Positions 51,190-64,000 of a DNA stretch of 64,000 nt are shown in pieces. Position 1 is the first letter of the stretch. Each line of letters begins with the position of its first letter. Position numbers and translations under genes: made by a program. Source of the stretch: Octopus vulgaris (Eukaryota); contig OX597827.1 of assembly GCA_951406725.2 (NCBI GenBank), positions 34,658,001 through 34,722,000 of the forward strand, read 5' to 3'. The notes under the pieces are model-generated. The model saw only the letters and a list, made by a program, of their open reading frames with translations, was not told where the DNA came from and searched no databases.

Positions 51190-51420
51190 AATAGCGGGAA
51201 GCTTTACGAAAATAAACAAAAGACGAAGGCAGGTGGAGTACAAACAAACAATTGTATTAGTATGGTGCTCAGGAATAGAAATAAAACAAGTCTTTTACGT
51301 TTCGAGCCTACGCTCTTCAACAGAAAGATACACAGAAAAGAAACACGGAGAGAAACAAGGAGAGAAAAAAAATGCGTGCAGGAGCTAACGATTCAACATG
51401 GTGGTCTGATTTCGGCCAGA
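51190..51420 (-). mobile_element. Probable Penelope-like terminal fragment with a hammerhead-like motif
   Basis: The minus strand at 51291-51328 reads tcttt CTGTTGA a GAGC gtag GCTC GAAAC GTA aaaga. It is flanked by (TA)n. Confidence 0.55.
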
Positions 51421-51821
51421 AGTCAGAGATCAGATATAAATATATATGCATGTGTATTTATGTATATACACACATACATATACATTGAAACTGAAAAAGC
51501 CCATTGCGTGTATCATCATCATCATTTAATGTCTGCTTTCCATGCTGGTATGAGTTGGATGGTTTGACTGAGGTCTGGCAAGCCAGTGGGCTGTACCAGG
51601 CTCCAATCTGATCAGGCAATGCTTCTACAGCTGGATGCCCTTCCTAATGCCAACCACTCCAAGAGGGTAGTTGGTGCTTTTTACATGCCACCGACACAGG
51701 AACCAGTCAGGGAGCACTGGCACAGGAGCCAGTCAAGGGGCACTAGCATCCATGATATTTGGATGGTGCTTTTTACATCCCACTGGCATCAACGATGTTC
51801 AGATGATACTGGCATCATATG

Positions 51822-51864
<43 letters not shown>

Positions 51865-53813
51865 CCACATGTGGATTGTTTGCGATTTTTTCCCTTCATC
51901 TTCCTTTTCTCTTGGACTTTCCTGTCTCCTGTTTCAAACGAAGAGCATTGCTTGAAACGTAGAAACTACTTTTCTTCTCTTCCCTGAGTGTCTGCTAATA
52001 CTTTGCATGTACCACGCCCTTGTGTCGTTTTTTTGTTGTTTTTTTTTCTTTTATTTACATATATATATATATATATATATGAAATATTAGTGCCAAGCCG
52101 TATTTAAGCATAAGCAAAGTTTAGGTTAGTTAAAATATATTTGACATTTTTCAACTTCTAAAAGGCAAATTCACTGCAGTTACTATGGAGAAAATTTTCA
52201 ATTATGGTAAAAAGGTATAAAAACACTGTATCTGTCCAGTGTTGCCATCTATCGGCATTCCTAGACATTGATGTTTCAAGCTCCTTAGCCATTATCAATG
52301 GGAAATACCTAAGAGAGGCAACTCTGGACAGACCTTATACATAATAGGCTTCTTTCAGTTTCCACCTACTGAATCCACTCACAAGGCTTTCTTTGACCTG
52401 GGGCAATGGCAGAAAACACTTGCCATGCAGTGAGACTGTACCTGGAACCACACACACATGTTGCTTTCTTTTCTTTTTCTATTCATCACTGCTGTCCAAA
52501 GATCAGAAAAAAAAAAATGTGGAGTAATGATTTGAGAAGTTTTCTACTTTCAGTAGACACAAGCATGGCTGTTCAGTTAAGATGTTTGTTTTGTTGTTTT
52601 GGATATGGTCCTACTGCATGCCCTCAACAGGTAAGTCTCTTCTATATAGTCAGTCCTGAGTTTATCAATCTCTTGTAGGGAAACTACTGGAAGCTTGTTG
52701 TGAACACACACATATCATCATCACATCCACTTTTCCATGCTGACATGGGTTGGACAGAATTTATCATGATGGATACCTATTTCCCAGTAAGGTATTATTT
52801 CTCATGAACAGACATGTTTTCACAACAGACTGAAAACAGGGTACTGCTAACATGACAGTCACACTCGTTTACAACTATCCCAAAAGGTTAAGGTAAAGAG
52901 ACACGCATACGCACACAAACATACATGACAGGCTTCTTTCAGTTTCTGTCTACAAAATCCACTCACAAGGCTTCACTTGGCTCAGAACTGTAGCAGAAGA
53001 CACTTGCCCAAGGTGCCATGGAGTAGGACTGAACCCAAAACCATATGGTTGGGAAGCAAACATCTTACCGCAAAGTCATGCCAGTGCCTCCGTGTGTGTG
53101 CACGTGTCTGCAAATGTGTGTAAATGTTGACTTTTACACTTATCACCACTGGAGTGACTCAGTAATGATGTAAGCATTCCTTGTTGACATTATATCTAGT
53201 TGCACTGCACTTTTGAAAACCTCTGGAATATAAAATCTTGAAAAACAGGTAAGGCCAGGTGACAAGATAAGCATCCAACCATAACATTCTGCCTCAAACA
53301 GCTCTGTGTCTGGTCCACTACCCTTTTTTGCCAGTTGCAAGGTGACCTCAGTGTTGATGACACAATAAAAAGCTCCAAGTAAACTCTGTAAAGTGGTTGA
53401 TAAATAAAGAGACAATGCAAGATTCTTTAGTTTTTTTGAGGACATGACAACGTTTTATGTTGATGTTACAGTAAAATGCACAGGCATCCTCTGTAAATGA
53501 GTTGGTGCTAGGAAGAGCATCCAGCTGTAGACACTATGTCAAAATTGAGGTATCTGAGTCAGATGTGTTCCTCTGATCTGTCTAGAAGGGGTTTAACTTG
53601 AATAAGAACCCACTTGGATCTTGTTGAAGCATCCAACCCATACAAGCATGGAAAATGAATGTACAATGTTGATGGTATGTCTTTTTGTTTTGCCTTATAG
53701 CCTCTTGAACCTACCTGGTTGAACAAGCTCTTAAGTAAAATTTGAAGTCCCAGTCAAAACCAATTTTATAATAAATTAGATTTTAACATAAGTATATGTT
53801 CTGTTGTTATTCT

Positions 53814-54030
53814 TTAACCTTTTAGCATTTAAACTGGCCATATCTGGCCAAAATATTCTGTCTGTTTTATGTTTAAATTAGCCAGATCAGGCCTATCACA
53901 CCTACTCTACAACGTCAGTCTAAAAGTATACAATCAAGTCAAAATTTCAAAGCCATGAGACAATGTATGATTAAGCCTGAACAATATAAATAAATAATTT
54001 GACAGAGTAATCTGATTGCTAAAGGGTTAA
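53814..54030. mobile_element. piggyBac-like MITE (best-preserved copy of the ~215-bp family)
   Basis: TTAA|CCTTTTAGCATT ... ATTGCTAAAGGG|TTAA. Confidence 0.8.
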
Positions 54031-54406
54031 AATAACAACCCAAAACTAAAATTGTGTCAATGAATGAAACTCTCAGTTGTTGTGTCACTTCAGCTGAATA
54101 AATAAAAAATACAGTCATACACACACAATCTATACATACATACAACTGAACTGTGTACAGGAAGACATGACATGTCACCACAAGGTTTGAGGGATAGTAA
54201 ATAGTTCTATCCTCCACTCCCTTATGCACCATGTGGTTTGACGATAACCATCATATTTCAGGATAAGCTAGTGTGCAGAGTTTGAGCTACATTATATAAA
54301 TAAGAAACACAGAAAATGTGACTAGTTTCCAGTTCAGTCTCACTGCATGACACCTTGAGCAAGTGTCTTCTATTATAGTCATTTGTGAATGGAGTGAAAG
54401 AAGTCC

Positions 54407-54446
<40 letters not shown>

Positions 54447-55699
54447 TATGTGTGTATATCATCATCTTCATTTAACATCCATTGTCCATGCTGGAATGGG
54501 TTGGACAGTGTGACCAGAGCTGCACCAGACTCCAGTCTGATTTGTTATGGTTTCTACAGCTGGATGCCCTTCCTAATGCCAACTTTACAGAATATACTGG
54601 GTGCTTTTATGTGGCACCACACGGGCACTTTTACATGTCACCACATGGGCACTTTCATGTGACATCACAGGTGTTTTTTCACATGATGCTGCACAGGCAC
54701 CTTTATGTGATGCTGCGTGGGTACATAGATAGATATATGTATGTGCATGTGTTACTGTCTCCTTGATCTGACATCATGTAGGATTGTAAACAAGTACCAA
54801 TGGAAGCAGAGTCCTTTGTTTCAGGGCATCTGGCCATTGAAAATCTGCCTCAACAAATTCTGTGTGAACCATGTAAGCATGGGGATGTGGGCATTGAAAC
54901 GATGATGATGATGATAGCATGTGAACATTTTCTCAAGCTAATTGCCACTATTAAGGAATCTGAATTAGATTGCTTTCTCAGAGTATCAGCAAAAATATGT
55001 ATTTTTAAAAATAATACCAAGGAAGCAAGCCAAATGGCTCGAGGAAACATGCATCTGTTATATAAAGCTTAAAAATCCTAATTGTTTTCTGCAGTTTTTT
55101 TATTTACACACACACACACACATATATATAGACACAGGCATGAGTGTATGGTAAGAAGTTTGCTATCCAACTACATGGTCCCATGTTCACTTCCAGTAGG
55201 TGACATCTTGGGAAAGTGTTTTAAACTGTAGCCTCAGGCCAACCAAAACTTTGTGAGAGGATTTGATAGATGGAAACTGAAAGAAGCCTGTAGTACATAT
55301 ATATCTGTGTGTGTGTGTGTGTGTGTGTGTATGTCTGTATTTTCCCACCCACCCCACTGCTGCTTGACAACTGGTGTTGATGTGTTTATGTCCCTGTAAT
55401 TTAGCAGTCTAACAAAAGAGAATGACAGAATAAGTACGAGGCTTAAAAAAAAGGTAAGTACACAGGTTGATTAATTCAACTGAAATTCTTCAAGGCAGGG
55501 CAGAGACTGGCATGGTCACAGTCTAATGACTGAAACAACTAAAGGATAAAATAAAAGATATATATATATATATATATATACGTGCACACAGATACACATA
55601 CCACATACATATATACATGCCACACCCTTAACTATACACCCACACTGCAGGTATGGGTGTATAGTTAAGAAGTTCACTTATCAACCACAGTGCTACAAG

Positions 55700-56770
55700 T
55701 TCAATGAACTGTGCATGAACTGCTTGGCATTCACGCCAGAAGCTCTAATACAAACATTTCAGAGTGTTTGGGTGTCAATCTGATGATGGTGCAGAGGATT
55801 CAGAAAGAGTTGGATGAGTCTAATGGTGATTATGAAGGTACAGCAGGTTGGAAAACACACTCCGAGTGTTCTGATAAGAAAAGAACTTCTGAATTTGTTG
55901 GTGAGATCCAGGTCATGGTTGACAACGATCCCTCCAAGTCAATCAGGTCCATCGGAGTGCCTGAATTTCTTATCAGGCAGGTAGTGCATGAAGACATTCG
56001 GTATTTCTCATAGAAGATGAGAAAGGGCCAGTTTTTAGCCCTTTTTTAACCGAACATGCTTTGGTTTTTCTTAGATGAGAAAAGTTTCTGCTAGTATCAG
56101 ATGGTGAACACACAGAACAACTGTTTTGCTTGTCGTGTCCCAAAAACATGTACTGAGAGTGATAAAAATCAAACATCCAGTCTAGATCATGGTGTTTGGA
56201 GTGATCACTAGTGATGGCGACGTTATGCCTCCATTCATATTCTCACATGGCCCCAAACTCAACATGGAGGCCTACATCAAGTATTTGGAAGAGGTAGTGC
56301 TGCCTTGGGTCAAGAGGGTGGCTGCTGGAAGACCCTATGTCTGGCAACAGAACTCTGCACCATGCAACACAAGCAGGAGAACCCAGCTGTCAGACAGTTT
56401 CTGCGACCACATCACCCCTAACATCTGGCCACATAACTCCCTAGACTGCAACCTTCTTGATTATTATGTGTGGGGCATAGTTGCATGAGAGACCAACAAA
56501 ACTCCTTGTAATACCAAAGATGAACTGAAGGCAAGGATTATGGCAGCATTCACCAACTTAAACAAAGGAGACCATCCAGAAGAGTTGCAGGAGATTCTGA
56601 AGTTGTCTGGAGGCTGTGGTTGGAGCCAATGGCAATTTTATTGAATAAATTTACTCCTTAGTATTTAAAGATATTTTTATGTAATTTTGGTAAATATATA
56701 TGTTAAAATGAGATGTCAGTGTTATTTTCATTTTAGCATAATTTAGACAATTTATTCACCACACCCTGTA
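55700..56770 (+). mobile_element. 5'-truncated Tc1/mariner (DD37D/maT-like) transposon remnant
   Basis: ORF 56189-56488 gives MVFGVITSDG..PPFIF...YVWQQNSAP...WPHNSLDCNLLDYYVWG. The spacing between the second catalytic position (here N) and the third D is 35 residues, consistent with DD37D plus a short deletion. ORF 55711-56013 is HTH-like. The right TIR ends ...caccacaccctg|ta at 56770, and no left TIR was found. Confidence 0.85.
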
Positions 56771-59051
56771 TGTGTGTGTGTGTGTGTGTCTTCATAATCA
56801 TTTCATATCTTCTACCATGGATTGAATAATGAACAGCAATCATTTGTTACTGAGACACTTCTGTCAGAAACTGTTAGTTATACATGTCATTTGGCTTGAT
56901 TTCTATGACTGGATACTCTTCCAAGTGTTAACCACTGTACAATGCATTTTCTAATGGCACAGAGATAGGTTGATTGTCCCTTGTATAACAAAACAACAGG
57001 GATCTCATAGGTCTACATTTTTTTCTACAGACTTGCCAGTCTCTTTTCAGGGTATAGGGTTAATTTTTTTGTGACTCTCTAGGGGACAGAGAGAAAGAAA
57101 GAGCAATGACATTAGAAGGGTCATAATGAATTGGTGGAAGGAGTAAAATACAGTTCTTTGAGGTGCAATCAGAAAGGGAGCGGTTGGCATTATCAGAGGT
57201 GAGGAAAGAGTGGGTTACAGCAACAGAGGTGATCTAGGGGAGATGGCTAGTAATACAGAATGGTGAAGCTATTGTGAACTGGGAACCTTCAATCAAAAAC
57301 CCTACACCAATCTGACCCTCCTCTTTCTTGGGACGGCTGCTGGCATGTGGTGCTCAAGCAGACCAGCTCATATACTTGAAACTGAGCTGCTAGCAAAATG
57401 TCTATACAGCCAACTAGCCCTCATTTACCTAGTTTATTCATCTGAATCTTACCTCCAGCACTTCATTCTATATCACTGAGTTCTCCATCACTTGCCAACT
57501 GCAGTATTCTGCTGTTGTAACCAAATGAGAGCAGAACTATAGATATTTTATCATCTTTTCTGTGATACAAATTATCTTAATCACTACCTAGAACCACTGC
57601 AATTGACTTCCATCTTTCATTCTTACATTATCCATCTTCACTCACATTTTACATTGATCACTCCACCTGTCTATGCCACCAAATTATTTCTCCATCTCCA
57701 CTGGATCACTTCCTGTTTATCTGCTCATATCACCCTATATCTCTCACTCTCAACCAATGCACTATGTCTTTCTCTTCACTCACACTCTTTCAACTTCTTG
57801 CTACTCATACTATCATAACCTACCCCTCCACATGTCATTTCTTTCTCTCCATCATGCTGCTCTTCACCTTCATATACTGTCAATTAGTACCTACTCCCCA
57901 AATCATGTATTTCTGATTATCTTTCTGCCATTCATTATGCTGACCTCATACCTTTCCTATTCTCCACTTATCATCTACCTTCAATCCAAATCATATTTTA
58001 TTATGGACATCCTCCACCATATCAACCCATGTTCATCATTCAGTATAATCACACTCCTACCCTATTTCCTATCATCCCTCACTCTTGCTACCTCTATCAA
58101 GCTTCTCTTCCTATTCTTCTGCCTTGCCACCCGACAGGGTCAACTCTTACATCTCATCATCATCTTTACTTCACTTTCCAGCTTCACAAATTACACTCAC
58201 CTCCTCATTTGTGTGAGCAGCTATATATCTCTTCTACAGTAAGAAACCTGTTCTGGCTCCTTCTTCATACACTAACTTTCATCACCTAGCAGACACCTTC
58301 TTTTCTACTGTAGCCTTATGCAGTCAATAAGTATCATAATTGTGCAAGGCTACATCATTAGTGCTGGTGTCAAAAAAAAAAAAAAAGGGTGCAGTACACT
58401 TAGAGTATGATGCTATATACACACACACAAATACAAAATTATGTATATGTGTGTGTTTGCATTTCCTTGTTTTGGCATTGCACGATAGCTGTAAATTAGC
58501 ATTACCATCACACAATGCGTAGGGAAGGTGAAATATTACCTCATTTGAAAACAAGTGAGGATTGGCAACCAGAAGGGCATCTAGCCATATAAATCTGCTT
58601 CAACGAATTCCGTCCGACCCAAGTGGACATCAAAACAAGGATGATGGTGACGTGTGCGTATGTGTGTTTATGCATGCATGGACATAAAAGTATAAGATCT
58701 AAATATACACAAATAAATATTTAGATATATATCTACATATATACATACACCGAGATGTCATTTTAAAAATATATATAGATTCAAAACACACAGATTTCTA
58801 TATTTAGTTCATATACACAAATTTTGTAAACATATCAATTCATACAAGTATATATATATATACACACACACGTATGTATACATACACAAATCATATATAT
58901 ACATTTATGTATATTACATATATATATATAAATACATACGTATAGTACATATTTATAAATTTTGCGAACAAATATATCAATTTATACGATTATATATGTA
59001 TATAATTTTATGTGTAAATCAATATAAATACATACGTACGAGTATATACAC

Positions 59052-59093
<42 letters not shown>

Positions 59094-59250
59094 GAAAGGT
59101 ATATTTTACATAAATTTACATTTCATAAATATCATAAATTCACGTGTATAGGTTTTACGTTAAAGATATGTGAGTGTGCGTATAACAATTTATTAGTGTA
59201 ATATGCATACATACACACACGTGTGTGTCTATATATATGTATAAATATAA

Positions 59251-59283
<33 letters not shown>

Positions 59284-59380
59284 ACACATACGTACGTGCA
59301 TGTTTGTATGTGTATTCAATAAAGCAAATTTATATACAAATATCAATAACAATATACAGATGTGGTAAGGAAGAATTTTT

Positions 59381-60330
59381 AGTTACCTTGTCATATGTGT
59401 TAATAATTTACGGAGAGTTTTGAAATAATTCTTCAACTGTTTCTATTGTTGTGTATTTTGATTCGTCTTTTTCGAAATCGGTTAATTAATTCAGCAACAC
59501 ATATACTTTGAATAACACAGTTTTGTCCTCTCGGCTCTCACTATAAATATTATTACTATTATTATTACTATTACTATAATTCCGATTGCTCAACCATTCA
59601 TCACAAGAAAACGTTTTTAAGACAATGTAAACAGATCAGGGCATTTTTGTCTGGTTTTTAAAGGTTTCGACCAGGGATTTTTTTTCTTCTTTCTTTCTCT
59701 TTTGTTTCCTTGCTGTTTTTTACAAATATAAGCGTAACGCAGTGTCTTTCATAGCCATATCTCACCATATATCTTAGTGATACAATAAAGCGTAGAAATA
59801 TTTCGTTAATTTCTTGATAAGTTAGTATTAAAAAAATTACTTTATCAGAGAAGAGAGAAAAAAAATTTTGACTTGGAGACACACAGACAGATAAAGAAGA
59901 GCCGGTGTCGGCGGTGAATAGTTATGTATAAAAACAAGTCCGATTTCCTTTGGTGACGTACATAAAGAATCGGGAAAAATTCTATTGTTTATCTATCTCA
60001 GAAAAGACAATATATTTCTTTATACATACATTTATTTATACATAGTTGGTTTATGAGTGTATTTTCATTAAACATAATTAAACAGTGTTTGCTAACTGCA
60101 AGTTTTCAATCTTACACAACTAATGTCATTATAGATTTTTATCTTTGCGTATGTCAGTGTAAAACTAAATAAACAAGGGTGTGCATATATATTTTTACAT
60201 ATGTGTATTTACCAATGTGTATGTATATGTGCGTGGATGTACGCCACACCCTCCCTCCCTCTCTCAGCTTTCATTTATCGTTCCGCCTCTCATTTGCCGA
60301 CTACAACCACATCGCTAGCAAGGTAAGTAC
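59381..60330. promoter_or_regulatory. Candidate promoter and first-exon region of ZNF gene 2, possibly bidirectional
   Basis: CpG-richer and nearly free of repeats. Minus-strand donor AAG|GTAACT (exon end 59387), CRE-like TGACGTA near 59954, and plus-strand donor AAG|GTAAGT at 60322/60323. Confidence 0.42.
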
Positions 60331-60829
60331 GAGAAACATCATTTGTCATTCACAAACATATTTATTACATTAGAGACCCACAATATTTGCATTTTTTCAA
60401 TGCTTTTTTCCCCTCCGAAGGAAAGAACACAAAACAAATGATAAATGAAAACAAAATCACTTAAATAATTTAATCTTCCCACTTAAGTAAATTGACAATT
60501 CCAACGAAATTTGGAGGAAGGCATGGCTGGGGCTAAGCTGAGGAAACCTAAAACCATTTAAAATGGGGCAGTTTTCCATCGAATTAGGGAGAGGCAAAGG
60601 GAATACCTCATGTTTAATTTCAAAGCACAAACAGATAATGATAGTGGAGATGATGTTGATGATAAAAATGAGGGTAGAGCGGTGGTGGTCGTGGTGGTGG
60701 GGATTTCATGATAATGATGAAAGTGGTGGGGATGAAATAATTTTAAGATATATATATATGAATACACACATACACTGTCAAATATATTTAGGGAGAGGGA
60801 AAGAGACACAGAACTAAATAGACAGATAC

Positions 60830-63105
<2,276 letters not shown>

Positions 63106-63278
63106 TCTGTTGCGTTACCAACCTTGTCTCCACTCTTTTGCCTTTAAAAACCCACTTTGCTCTCGTTATCGTAAACATCCGCCTTTCACCATGTGTAACT
63201 CCTAAACACCAGTCTTTTTTTTTCTCTATCCCCGTTGCCCGCTCTGGGATCTTTCTTTCCTCTCTCTTCCTTCTTTAT

Positions 63279-63313
63279 GTTTCCGACGAAGAGCTCCGCT
63301 CGAAACGTCATAC
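63279..63313 (+). ncRNA. Minimal hammerhead-like motif with a variant core, in a probable Penelope-like fragment
   Basis: gttt CCGACGA a GAGC tcc GCTC GAAAC GTC atac. Confidence 0.5.
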
Positions 63314-63422
63314 CTCCCTGCTTCCATTTCCTGAGCGCCTATTAATAATAATACTGTAATTGTTCCATTGTTGTTGTTTTTTTGTTTCCCGTTTGGATTA
63401 AAATTATACATATATATATATA

Positions 63423-64000
63423 CTAGCAGTATTGCCCGGCGTTGCTCGGGTTTGTAAGGGAAATAACTATATAAGCATTTTTAGAGAGTTATAGCCAAAA
63501 AATAGCAAAAAATGCATTAAAAATGGAAAAAATATGATGGTAAATTTTTTTTAAATCGTTGACTCATCGTAGACATTTTTAGAGAGTTACTTCCCTTATA
63601 TAATAGCGAAAAAATGCATTAAAATGGAAAAAAAACGATGGTAAATTTTTTTAAAATCGTAGACTCATGTAGACGCTTTCTTAGCCATTTCTGTTTTGGT
63701 GTCTTCAAGCCATGAAGTCGTTGTTCTAAAAGAACACTGGTCTCCTTGACAACGCATTACGACGTTGATTTCCTTACACTCCCTTCCCCACAGGTGCAGG
63801 TGTGAGCGTGGACGCCAACTCCGCCGCCATCGACACACGAAAAATTATGCATTAAAATGGAATAAAAAATGATGTTAAATTATTTTTAAAATCGTAGACT
63901 CATCGTAGACGCGCGCTAATACTCAGACGGGCTCGATATGAATCACGACTATAAGCTACCCGAATTTGGTTAAACTGCACCGCAAAATGTGGGAGTAGTT
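63423..64000 (-). mobile_element. Non-autonomous Helitron, 3' end (runs off the window)
   Basis: The minus strand ends with the hairpin cccgagcaacgccggg, then caatactg, then CTAG|T. It has three internal imperfect repeats aaatgcattaaaatggaa...aaatcgtagactcatcgtagac. Confidence 0.8.

Noticed and set aside
57603-58289. 189-aa Leu/Ser/His-rich ORF
   Set aside because: It is a pyrimidine-biased degenerate repeat region with no motifs. Similar sequence occurs near 20770 and 37000-37450.

Overview
AT-rich, CpG-depleted, repeat-dense animal genomic DNA, not prokaryotic. It is very likely an Octopus (cephalopod) genome, inferred from the SINE families, the very large (TA)n/(TG)n tracts and the clustered C2H2 genes. 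Two intact C2H2 zinc-finger genes with single coding exons lie in tandem on the minus strand (14849-16465, 538 aa; 46290-47828, 512 aa). Each has a plausible splice acceptor upstream of the ATG and a candidate non-coding first exon in a CpG-richer zone about 10-11 kb further upstream. The rest is mostly transposon debris: a full-length dead mariner with TIRs, a DD37D/maT-like Tc1-mariner remnant, a fragmented hAT (Charlie-like) transposase, piggyBac-, Merlin- and Tc2-like MITEs, a Helitron 3' end, RTE LINE tails and many tRNA-derived SINEs. There are also two dispersed 28S rRNA fragments, a 14 x 62-bp minisatellite and several minimal hammerhead-ribozyme-like motifs. The strongest leads are a 7-finger protein whose recognition helix is nearly identical across fingers despite fully diverged codons, an internally duplicated 3-finger array in the other gene, the hammerhead motifs, and a structurally closed sarcin-ricin-loop rRNA fragment. 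All calls were read by eye and no searches were run.
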